The position numbers and the translations under genes are program-made. From Candidatus Latescibacterota bacterium (lineage in GTDB: Bacteria > Latescibacterota > UBA2968 > GCA-2709665), in contig OZ242358.1 in assembly GCA_965208835.1 (NCBI GenBank), positions 2,624,001-2,688,000 of the forward strand: a stretch of 64,000 nucleotides of DNA. The letters are read 5' to 3'. Shown here piece after piece: positions 37,748 through 46,357 of the stretch (positions are counted from its first letter, which is position 1; each line of letters starts with the position of its first letter). Below the pieces are notes generated by a model that searched no databases, was not told the DNA's origin, and saw only the letters and a list, made by a program, of their open reading frames with translations.

Positions 37748-38463
37748 ACTGGCGGGAACTGCTGTTGACCACGTGGCGGCTTTATCGGCTGAGCTGCAGG
37801 ATCATCTTTCACAGGAAACTGATGTTCATGTCCATTGGCATCCTTGTCTATTACGCCGCCATGTACGCATTCGCGGTGTGGCGTCCCGACGAAGGATTCG
37901 GCGTATCGAGGGCGCTCCATGTTCTGGTTGAAATTCCCGGCATCGCACTGGCCATCTATCTGACGATGGATCTCGTCGCTGGCGAACGTGACAGGAATAC
38001 ACTGGAGACGTTGTTCAGCACAACCTCGTCGCACTACAGGATCTGGACGATTCGAATGTTGGGGGTCTATCTGGTGCTTGCGGGAACACTAACGGGAATG
38101 ACGATTGTCGCCTACTTCTTCTTCGCGGAACTGCCGATCCTATGGGGCGGGTTGAACGCCTTTCTGCCGGCGTGCTTTGCAGCGGGGCTCACTTTTTACT
38201 TTTCCGTTCTCTGTCGAAGCGGAAACGCGGCCGCAATGCTCGCAACGGGCGTGATGGGCCTGACGCTTGTTGCCTCACAATCAATGCCCGACTCGCCCTT
38301 CGTGCTTTTTCTGGATACGTTCGATCCCCCGGTGGGAATGGAAGACACGTTGTGGGGCGACCGCGTACTGCTGAATCGCATGGCGGTCGCGCTGCTGTCG
38401 GGCCTGCTGCTTCTTATTGGTCTTCGCAAGATGGAAGCCAGGGAAAGATTGGTATCTTCGTAG
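37741..38463 (+). CDS. ABC-2 type permease
   Basis: About 6 TM helices, GERDRNTLETLFST motif; GTG overlaps the upstream stop. Confidence 0.8.
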   Translation: MLNWRELLLTTWRLYRLSCRIIFHRKLMFMSIGILVYYAAMYAFAVWRPDEGFGVSRALHVLVEIPGIALAIYLTMDLVAGERDRNTLETLFSTTSSHYRIWTIRMLGVYLVLAGTLTGMTIVAYFFFAELPILWGGLNAFLPACFAAGLTFYFSVLCRSGNAAAMLATGVMGLTLVASQSMPDSPFVLFLDTFDPPVGMEDTLWGDRVLLNRMAVALLSGLLLLIGLRKMEARERLVSS

Positions 38464-38516
38464 GTTTGCGCTGCCCCGCATCTGATGAACCCGGGCCGAA
38501 TCCTCTCCAGCACATT

Positions 38517-39659
38517 CTATTCCCTGCTTACATCCAATCGGACCTTCCGGGGAACGACGTTTACGACCGCCAGGTCCGTCCCGTGCCTTACCGACTCGGT
38601 GCCGAATTCAAAGGTTCTGCGTCCAAACCTCACGTAACCGGCGTCGATAACGAGTTGGAAGTCGTCCACGGGCGCCAATAGGATTGCACGACGCGGACCC
38701 TTCATGGTAACGTCTACGACGGCAGGTGTAACGCCCTTCAGCTTATAGCCACGTGGCAGATTCTCCACGCCGACCTTCACTTCGTATGTCGTTTCCCGGA
38801 CCGCCGCGCCGGGTACCAGAAACATCCACGCGCAGAACGCCAGCACGAGGGAAACCAACCCCTCCGCAAGACGCCGCACCAGCCGGCCCCGTCCGTTTTT
38901 CCGCCCGCCGGCGACCACGTGCTGCGCATGTTCCTGCAACCTGGCCAGAAGTTCAACCGGGTCGCCTACGACTTCCAGCACTCCCTGTTGCGCCACGGAG
39001 ATGGTGCCGCGCTCTTCGGAGACAACGAGGCACAGGGCATCGCTGCGTTCGGCCAGCCCGAGCGCAGCGGCGTGGCGGGTGCCTCCCGCGCCGAGTTCGG
39101 TGCGGTTTTCCGAAAGCGGCAGATGTACGGCGAAACGCTCCAGTTGGTCATCTTTCATCACCAGAGCCCCGTCGTGGCCCGCCGACGACGTACCGAACAG
39201 GCTGTCGATCAGCTCTTCACTGATATTGGCCTGTAGCGCGATCCCGCCCTGCAGAAGCCTGTCCAGCGGCTCTCGCCCGGGCAGGACCACGAGGGCGCCC
39301 CGCCGCTTCACCGCCAGCTGATGAATCGCACGAACCAGCACCGCCAGGCTGCCTCCTCGGGGCCGGGATACCCGTCTGCCGAGGCCCAGCGCGGCAATCT
39401 GTTCGAACAGCCGCCGGAGGTCGTCCTGAAATACAACGACAAGCAGCACAACCAGCACTGCGAAAAAACCCTGGAATATCCACGCCGTCAGCTGCAGTTC
39501 GAATTGCCGGGCCAGCAGATAGAAGACGCCCAGAAACGCCAGCCCCACAAGCGCCATTCGCGCGTGCATTCTCCGTGTCCAGGCAAGCAGACCCCAGATC
39601 AATACACCCACGACCGCTACGTCCACCAGATCGGCAAATGCGATGTCCATTAACGCCAT
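38517..39659 (-). CDS. cdaA: Diadenylate cyclase CdaA with C-terminal TM and YbbR (CdaR-like) domain
   Basis: 3 N-terminal TMs, VVFQDDLRR, GALVV, HDGA, GTRHAAALGL, VVSEERG; C-terminal P..V.VT.KG...VP.KV. Confidence 0.88.
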   Translation of the reverse strand: MALMDIAFADLVDVAVVGVLIWGLLAWTRRMHARMALVGLAFLGVFYLLARQFELQLTAWIFQGFFAVLVVLLVVVFQDDLRRLFEQIAALGLGRRVSRPRGGSLAVLVRAIHQLAVKRRGALVVLPGREPLDRLLQGGIALQANISEELIDSLFGTSSAGHDGALVMKDDQLERFAVHLPLSENRTELGAGGTRHAAALGLAERSDALCLVVSEERGTISVAQQGVLEVVGDPVELLARLQEHAQHVVAGGRKNGRGRLVRRLAEGLVSLVLAFCAWMFLVPGAAVRETTYEVKVGVENLPRGYKLKGVTPAVVDVTMKGPRRAILLAPVDDFQLVIDAGYVRFGRRTFEFGTESVRHGTDLAVVNVVPRKVRLDVSRE

Positions 39660-39992
39660 TTCGGGGGTTCTGCGGCTGTGAAATTCAGGCTTCCGAATGC
39701 TAAAGCATACACTTGAGCGGTGGATTTATCCACCGGTACGGAATATGGGCAATCTTTCACATTTCGTCAAGACCCCGTCCGGTATTCATCAATAATCCGG
39801 CGAATGCCCGCCGGGTACCGTGACACCCTGATCGTCGCGGGGTCCGCCGACCGCTTCGTGAAACGGAATTGCCCGTTGTACCCGTCTTTCGCTTGGCCGG
39901 TACCCGGAAAATACATATATTTATCGACTCCGGAATCAACAGGAAATGGATACCGATTCATCAGGCGCTGTTACGGCATGGAGGTAAGTGAT

Positions 39993-40673
39993 ATGCAGGG
40001 TACACGGGGACGGTTGACCAGACGGGAACTCAGGCAGGACGAGTTTGTCAACAGAATACTGGCGGCGTGGGCCTATGTGGAAGAGAACTATGTCCGGGTG
40101 CTTGCCGCCGGCGGGGGAGTGGTTGTCCTGATCCTGCTCGGCGTATTCGTCATGCACCAGATGGACGCCCAGGCCATGGAGGCGGTGGAGGCGGAGGGCC
40201 GGGTCCGGGTACTGCTGCTCCAGGGGAGGGTCGACGATGCCATTCTGGACGCGGAACGCGTTGCGGAAGCCTATAGCGGAGATGCGGCAGCGGGGCGGGC
40301 GCTTCAACTGGCTGGCGGTCTTTATTTCGAAACCGGACGCTACGCGGAGGCGCGTGCTGCATTCGAGAGATACCTGCAGGCGTTCGACGGGGGAGGACCC
40401 GCGAGGTACAGCGCCTGGTCCGGTATCGCGGCCGCAATGGCAGAAGAGGGTGATCAGGCAGGTGCGGCAGCCAAATACCTGGCGTTCGCCGACGAATTCG
40501 TCGACTCGCCGTTTGCGCCCAATGCGCTAAGGGAGGCTGCGCGCTGTTACAGACTATCGGGCGATACAGTCCAGGCCGGAACGCTGCTCCAGCGCATCCT
40601 GGACCGTTATCCCAGAAGCCCGGTTGCGCAAAGCGCCGGGGAGGAACTCAATCAGATGGGTGGTGTCGGATGA
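39993..40673 (+). CDS. Single-pass membrane tetratricopeptide repeat protein (YfgM/CpoB-like)
   Basis: RRELRQDEF, one TM helix, TPR helices, YPRS; SD GGAGGT. Confidence 0.8.
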   Translation: MQGTRGRLTRRELRQDEFVNRILAAWAYVEENYVRVLAAGGGVVVLILLGVFVMHQMDAQAMEAVEAEGRVRVLLLQGRVDDAILDAERVAEAYSGDAAAGRALQLAGGLYFETGRYAEARAAFERYLQAFDGGGPARYSAWSGIAAAMAEEGDQAGAAAKYLAFADEFVDSPFAPNALREAARCYRLSGDTVQAGTLLQRILDRYPRSPVAQSAGEELNQMGGVG

Positions 40674-43600
40674 CGGATCCGGAACTGAAAACGACCCGGT
40701 CACGCGAATTCAACCCGACCGACCTGGCCGACGATATCCTGCTGGTGGTACCTGACGATATGTTGCGCCATTCCGCTGTCGCCAGCGTTCGCGACGCGGT
40801 GGGGAAGGTGGGACGACCGCCGGAAACGATCCCTCAGGGATGTTTCCGACCGGAGCAGTTCCGGGAAAGGCATGTCATTGCATTCGGAAATCTGGCAAAT
40901 AACCGGGCGATCCAGCGATTATACACCGCCCGGTGTTGTTTTGTGGATACCTTGTTCCCTGGCGCGAACGGCTATCTGGTCAAGTCGATTTCAGATCCGT
41001 TCGGATACGGCCGCAATTGCATTGTCGCGGGTGCCAGTTCCGATGATGGACTGGCGGCGGGCCTCGGCGTTTTCACGGACATCGTCGCCGCCGGCAACGG
41101 CTGTCTGGACCGCGTCCACGCCGCGTCTTCGGGACCGGAAATGCCCCTCCCGCCGGATGCTTCGGAGATCAACCGGATGGTACGGGACGATCTGAAGATC
41201 TGGGGAACGGGGTGGTCGGCTTCGCCGTTTCGCGGAGGCAGGCTGCTGACATATCTCTGGCGTCATTACCTCACGGACCACCCGGTCTGGGCGCGAGCGG
41301 CGGTGGAAATCCTGAAGGGATCCATAGAACCGTGGCGCGCGGAATGCCGTGCGCACCCGGAGGCCTACCACTGTTTCTTCAACCTGCACCTCTATATTCA
41401 TCTATGGGACCTCGTGGAAGACAACCCGCTGTTTACGCGGGAAGACCGTCTGGGGGCCGTCACGATGTTCGCCGAGTTGCTGAGGCATCTTATGAAGCTC
41501 TCGTACGTCTCGGAGGAAGTGAATCCTCCAGGTGAAATCCGGCAGAACCACACGACTTTCATCGGGTTGAACCTGGCGGTGGGCGGCGACTACATGACAA
41601 GGCGGCACGGAATTGGGGAGTTTCGACGGGCGAACGAAATCGCAAGCCGCATATTCGAAGGTCAGATGGACTGTTACAAGCCCGATGACGATGGGGGAGT
41701 GGGGTACGTCTGGCACACGCCCCAGGAAACACTCAGCTACTCTCTGTACCGCGACGACGACCGTTACCTGACCGGGGGCCACGTGGCGGACCTCTGCAAA
41801 CTGGCCGTTGTCACCACCGATAATATGCGCAGCGAATGCGGTTACGGCGATACCTCCGGGTATTCTGCATTCGCCACAGACGGATGGGAAGCGCGCCTCT
41901 GGCCGTTGATGGTTTCGACCTGGTATCGTCCGGACCCCGGACACCTCTGGACGTTGAACTGGCTGGGCGAGGGAAAACGGCCTCCAACGGACGGGGCGCT
42001 GCACGGCCTCTATTCGGCGGTCGAGTACGTGGGCGACCGCTTCGCCATTGAAGGATGCGCGCCGGAAGCGCCCCGCGATCTGCTTGGAATCTGCGTGATG
42101 GATATGCCCGATGCGGTGCTGTCCTGGGTGCGTCGATATACCCCGCAGGCGCATCATCCGGACCCCCGCAGACGGTATTTCGACAAGCTGTCGCTGCGCC
42201 GTAATTTCGAGCCGGGGGGCGAGTACCTGTTGCTGGAAGGCATCGGCACGACCTGCCATGGCCACGAAGATACCAACGCGATCATCCGGCTGACATGGAA
42301 CAACAGGGCCTGGCTGGCGGACGGGGATTACATCCGGGCGGCGCCCAGGTTTCACAATTCCGTCACGGTCATGCGCGACGGCGTGGGAGTCCTCGAGTCG
42401 CCCGGTGAGGGCGTTGTCATTCCCCCTCTGGCATCCTTGAGCATCGGTAACGACGGCGCGGAACTCGCGACGCTCCGTTCCGAAGCCGCAGGATACAACG
42501 GCGTGGACTGGCAGCGCGACATTTTCTGGCGCAAGAGCCGCTATATGGTGGTCCTGGACCGGCTGCGCTGCCACGAAGCGGGTGACTATCGTCTGCAGTG
42601 TCTGTGGCGGACGGTGGGGGACCCGGCGCTCGAGGAGGAAGGGGTTCGCATCCGACAGGAGGGAGAGGAATTTCATATCCGTAACGCGGACGGTTCGTCG
42701 CAGGAAATCGTACCGGATCCGCACGTCAAGAGCCGATGGGGGAGCTATCCTTATTCGGACGGGACGATTTCCGTACTGCATCAGCGAACCGGGTGTACTC
42801 TCGATGCGGGAACGTCGTTTACCTTTTTGAATCTGCTTACCCCGGACCCCGACATCCGTATTGAGCGGATCGGTGCTGACGCGGTAAAGGTGACGGATGG
42901 AGACGAAGTCGCTCTGTTGGGCGCCGGGACCCTTGATTTGGATGGTCTTCAGCTTTCGGGAAGCATGTTCGGGTGCCTCGCCCAAGGCAATCGCGCGGTC
43001 CTGAATGGCGTCGAACGGCTGGGCGGACGAGCGGTCGGCAGCGATGAACGGGCACTGGACGATCCCGAGTTTGCGACCCGTATCCGCCGTGCGCCGGAAG
43101 CATCTCCGGCAGCCCGGCCCGCAGACCGCCCTCCGGTTTCCGGCGGGCCGTCGGAACGATGGCGCCGCGAATTCCCGCACAGGATTCGCCACGTCTGCGT
43201 CTCAGACGAAGACGAATTGCTTCTTGCGTATGGCACGGAGGTCGCGTGTCTGTGTGCGGCGAACGGCGATACGGCCTGGTCCCGGCCGATTGACGCGGAA
43301 GGCGGCGCCAGCCGCGTGCATCTGTCGGATATCGACGGTGACGGGAATTCGGAAGCAATGGTGGGTACCGAAGACTCGCAACTGGTTGTTCTGGTAGGGG
43401 ATTCGGGTGTGGAACGGTGGCGGCGCGGAATGGCGAATATGTTCAATCGCGGTACCCGGGTGTCCGCCATTGCGGTGGCCGACCTGGAGGGGAACGGCGA
43501 CCTGAGCGTGCTTGCCGGTACCGAAGGATGGTTTGTCAACGTGTTTGCGAACGACGGCAGCCCCAGATGGGCCGAGTGGTTTCGATATCACGCCATCACG

Positions 43601-44212
43601 GCGTTGACAGTCACAGACACGGACGGCGATGGCAGGGCCGAGGTTCTGGCTGGCACGGAATATTACACGCCGCTGACGGTACACAACTTCGACGGTTCGT
43701 TTCGCTGGTCCACGTTCGAGCAGGTTGGATCGCACGGCAACGCCACAACGCCCAGGCGCGGCATCGGTCTGAAACATATGGTGCTGTGCGACCTGGACCG
43801 CGACGGCGTTCTGGAAATCGTTTACGGCACGGAGGACGGTTGGATCTATGCCGTGAAACCGCAGGACGGCGAGGAAATCTGGCATGTCAATCTCGTTGGG
43901 GAGATCACAGGGCTCGTCGCCCTGGACGATGTCATCGTCGCGGCGTGCGAATTCGGCGTGCTGTACGGGCTTGATTTCAACGGGAATATGGTATGGCATC
44001 GGAACGAAGCGCAATGGATCCACGCGCTGGCCGAATCAGCCGGTGTAATCGCCGCCGCGGTCAACCGGCGGGAGATCCGGACGTACGATCGGGAGGGACG
44101 CTGCCAGGGTTCGCTGGAAATGCCCGCAAACGTCACGTCGCTCACCGCGGCCAAAGACGGATTCGTCTGTGCCGATGAACGGGGCGTCGCAATGATTGAT
44201 CTCCAGGCATGA
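40670..44212 (+). CDS. Large protein with heparinase II/III-like lyase region and C-terminal FG-GAP/PQQ-like beta-propeller
   Basis: RQNH, CHGHEDTN, FHNSVTV, WQRDIFW; repeats DIDGDG, DLEGNG, DTDGDG, DLDRDG. Confidence 0.65.
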   Translation: MTDPELKTTRSREFNPTDLADDILLVVPDDMLRHSAVASVRDAVGKVGRPPETIPQGCFRPEQFRERHVIAFGNLANNRAIQRLYTARCCFVDTLFPGANGYLVKSISDPFGYGRNCIVAGASSDDGLAAGLGVFTDIVAAGNGCLDRVHAASSGPEMPLPPDASEINRMVRDDLKIWGTGWSASPFRGGRLLTYLWRHYLTDHPVWARAAVEILKGSIEPWRAECRAHPEAYHCFFNLHLYIHLWDLVEDNPLFTREDRLGAVTMFAELLRHLMKLSYVSEEVNPPGEIRQNHTTFIGLNLAVGGDYMTRRHGIGEFRRANEIASRIFEGQMDCYKPDDDGGVGYVWHTPQETLSYSLYRDDDRYLTGGHVADLCKLAVVTTDNMRSECGYGDTSGYSAFATDGWEARLWPLMVSTWYRPDPGHLWTLNWLGEGKRPPTDGALHGLYSAVEYVGDRFAIEGCAPEAPRDLLGICVMDMPDAVLSWVRRYTPQAHHPDPRRRYFDKLSLRRNFEPGGEYLLLEGIGTTCHGHEDTNAIIRLTWNNRAWLADGDYIRAAPRFHNSVTVMRDGVGVLESPGEGVVIPPLASLSIGNDGAELATLRSEAAGYNGVDWQRDIFWRKSRYMVVLDRLRCHEAGDYRLQCLWRTVGDPALEEEGVRIRQEGEEFHIRNADGSSQEIVPDPHVKSRWGSYPYSDGTISVLHQRTGCTLDAGTSFTFLNLLTPDPDIRIERIGADAVKVTDGDEVALLGAGTLDLDGLQLSGSMFGCLAQGNRAVLNGVERLGGRAVGSDERALDDPEFATRIRRAPEASPAARPADRPPVSGGPSERWRREFPHRIRHVCVSDEDELLLAYGTEVACLCAANGDTAWSRPIDAEGGASRVHLSDIDGDGNSEAMVGTEDSQLVVLVGDSGVERWRRGMANMFNRGTRVSAIAVADLEGNGDLSVLAGTEGWFVNVFANDGSPRWAEWFRYHAITALTVTDTDGDGRAEVLAGTEYYTPLTVHNFDGSFRWSTFEQVGSHGNATTPRRGIGLKHMVLCDLDRDGVLEIVYGTEDGWIYAVKPQDGEEIWHVNLVGEITGLVALDDVIVAACEFGVLYGLDFNGNMVWHRNEAQWIHALAESAGVIAAAVNRREIRTYDREGRCQGSLEMPANVTSLTAAKDGFVCADERGVAMIDLQA

Positions 44213-44263
44213 GAATCCATGTGCGATAGTCGCCGTATACCATAACCGGACGAACTCGACGAA

Positions 44264-44291
44264 AACCGGTATAAGATATATTATGTAAACT
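44264..44291 (+). other. dif: dif site (XerCD chromosome dimer resolution)
   Basis: AACCGGTATAA-GATATA-TTATGTAAACT with 11-6-11 layout; right arm identical to the Bacillus subtilis dif arm TTATGTAAACT; intergenic; gene orientation converges here. Confidence 0.85.
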
Positions 44292-44335
44292 TGCGTGCCG
44301 TGAGATGGTGCTGTTTGGTGTCTTTTGCGCATATT

Positions 44336-45004
44336 CTATCCGAAGGGCACATTTTTGCGGTCTTTGTTCCGTAGTGTGGATAATTCGGTTTTCAGCCGCC
44401 CTATTTCCCGGTTTTTGCCAGCCAGGTCCTCTTTAAATGCCTCACAGCTGTTTTCGAGGGCCTTGTTCTTTTCTCTCAGGAAGTTCCGTTCTTCGCCAAG
44501 GCGCTTCAGTTCCTTTCGGAGCCAATGTGCCGAAAGCGCCGCCTCTTCCCTGGTTTTTTCGGCGGCGCGGAGACTTTCGCGCAACCCCTCGATGTCATCC
44601 TTGTATTTTCGCGCTTCGGTCCAACCGGACGCCGCCGACGCTTCGAGTTGGGCCTGCCGTTCGTTCAGTGCGCGAATTTCGGCCGTGCGTTCCGCCAGTG
44701 CCCGCTCGACGGCATCCAGTTTTCCTATTCGTTGTTGCAGCTGGTCGTAATCGCCCCGGTCGAGCTGTACGAGTGACTCGTTATGGAGTCCCTCCAGTCT
44801 TTCCGGATCCAGAAGTTTTCCATATTTTTTCCTGTAAATTTCCAATATATTTCCTTTGGGAATCCGCCACGCGCCATTCCACTTCCGGGCTTTCAGATAT
44901 TCCCGATCTATATAGTTTCGGACCGTTTTCGTGGTTACTTTAAGTAAATTCGCGGCCTGGTCGATGGTGAGATGTTCCGCCTGGTCGATCTGAATGTCGG
45001 ACAT
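44336..45004 (-). CDS. Excisionase/MerR-type HTH protein with long C-terminal coiled coil
   Basis: LTIDQAANLLKVTTKTVRNYI...L.A.K..GAWRIP, then ~130 aa of heptad-rich E/K/R/L; lower GC than neighbours; SD GGAGG. Confidence 0.85.
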   Translation of the reverse strand: MSDIQIDQAEHLTIDQAANLLKVTTKTVRNYIDREYLKARKWNGAWRIPKGNILEIYRKKYGKLLDPERLEGLHNESLVQLDRGDYDQLQQRIGKLDAVERALAERTAEIRALNERQAQLEASAASGWTEARKYKDDIEGLRESLRAAEKTREEAALSAHWLRKELKRLGEERNFLREKNKALENSCEAFKEDLAGKNREIGRLKTELSTLRNKDRKNVPFG

Positions 45005-45035
45005 GGATCCTCCATCACTTGATTATTCCATTTAT

Positions 45036-45079
45036 TTTCCTAGATTATTATAGGAAATTTCATTCCTGAATTCAAGGAA
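45036..45079. promoter_or_regulatory. Paired inverted repeats (candidate operator) between divergent HTH gene and gcvT
   Basis: TTTCCTA-N8-TAGGAAA (45036-45057) and TTCCT-N7-AGGAA (45063-45079). Confidence 0.45.
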
Positions 45080-45118
45080 GATTCGCGATTCGGTATTGTT
45101 TTCCGGAAGGATGCTCAA

Positions 45119-46228
45119 ATGGACGACGCAACCCTGAAACGCACCCCACTCTACCGGCAGCACGTCAAACTGAATGCCAAAATGGTCGAATTCGGCGGAT
45201 GGGAGATGCCGGTTCAGTATGCCGGCATCATTGAGGAACATCGGGCGGTAAGAACGGCGGCGGGGCTGTTTGACGTGAGCCACATGGGGCAGGTCCGGGT
45301 CTCTGGGACCGGCGCGAGGGATTTTCTGCGATATCTGGCAGCCAACGATATCCGGAAACTGGATATCGGCAGATGCCAATATTCCTTTCTCCTGAACGAG
45401 CGCGGCGGTACGATCGACGACATGATGGTCTATCGGACCGGTGAGGACTCATACACACTCGTCGTCAACGCCTCGAACGCCGAAAGAGACTGGGCGCACA
45501 TTGTATCCACGGGGACCGGCCTGAAGGACGTCCGTCTGGAGAACCGGATCGGCAAACGGGCCCTCCTGGCCTTCCAAGGTCCACTTGCGGCTGAAATCCT
45601 GTCGGAGCTGACGCCGGAAGACGTCGGGGCCCTGCGTTTCCACGATGTACGCCCGTACACCGTCGCCGGCTGGCCCGTATTGCTCGCGGCATCGGGTTAT
45701 ACCGGGGAAAACGGATTCGAAATCTTCGTGGGGACGAACGAGGTGGAATCGCTGTGGTGCGCGCTTCTCGAGGCCGGCAAGCGCGCCGGTGCGGTCCCGG
45801 CCGGTCTTGGAGCCCGCGATACCCTCCGGCTGGAGGCTTCGCTGGCTCTTTACGGACACGAACTCGACGAGAATACGTCCCCTCTGGAGGCCAACCTCGG
45901 TTTCGCCGTGGCGAAAACGGGGACTTACATCGGCTCTGAGGCGATCCGGGAACAGTTGGCAGGCGGCGTCAGCAAGAGGCTGGTCATGCTGGAAATGATC
46001 GACAAGGGCATTCCACGCCAGGGTTACGGAATTCATCGTTCGGACGGCAGCGACGCGGGTGTGATCACCAGCGGGTCCGTTTCACCGTGGACCGGCAGGA
46101 ACATCGCCATGGGCTTTGTGGACCCGAAGCTTGCCCGCCGGGAACAGGAAGTGCTTGTTGCCGTCCGGAACCGGCGGCTTCGGGCGAAGGTGGTTCGCAG
46201 GCCGTATTACCGGCGCCCCGGAAGTTAA
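45119..46228 (+). CDS. gcvT: Glycine cleavage system aminomethyltransferase
   Basis: LKRTPLY, FGGWEMPVQY, FDVSHMG, GYTGE.GFE, GLGARDTLRLEA.L.LYGHE. Confidence 0.96.
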   Translation: MDDATLKRTPLYRQHVKLNAKMVEFGGWEMPVQYAGIIEEHRAVRTAAGLFDVSHMGQVRVSGTGARDFLRYLAANDIRKLDIGRCQYSFLLNERGGTIDDMMVYRTGEDSYTLVVNASNAERDWAHIVSTGTGLKDVRLENRIGKRALLAFQGPLAAEILSELTPEDVGALRFHDVRPYTVAGWPVLLAASGYTGENGFEIFVGTNEVESLWCALLEAGKRAGAVPAGLGARDTLRLEASLALYGHELDENTSPLEANLGFAVAKTGTYIGSEAIREQLAGGVSKRLVMLEMIDKGIPRQGYGIHRSDGSDAGVITSGSVSPWTGRNIAMGFVDPKLARREQEVLVAVRNRRLRAKVVRRPYYRRPGS

Positions 46229-46320
46229 CGTCCTGTCCCGGAACACCAGCGTCATCTCCCCTACCCTGCCCGTATCGTATTTCCCGCCCACGCGGGCCTG
46301 CACACGCAGCCTGTTTGAAA

Positions 46321-46355
46321 AAAGACCCGGAATCGCTCGACGATTCCGGGTCTTT
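46321..46355. terminator. Bidirectional terminator between gcvT and leuS
   Basis: AAAGACCCGGAATCG-N5-CGATTCCGGGTCTTT. Confidence 0.85.
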
Positions 46356-46357
46356 AT

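Noticed and set aside
41402-43192. Long antisense ORFs (also 32996-34987, 60152-61912, 7845-9164, 25777-27066)
   Set aside because: Shadow frames of real high-GC genes with no independent motifs
45035-45058. Second dif-like site (TTTTCCTAGAT-TA-TTATAGGAAAT) that would bracket the HTH gene as a dif module
   Set aside because: Arms resemble XerC arms but the spacer is 2 nt rather than 6 and there is no XerD arm; kept only as a candidate operator
45005-45118. Glycine riboswitch upstream of gcvT
   Set aside because: Region is short and AT-rich and lacks the GGAGA/CCGAAG/CTCTCAGG core
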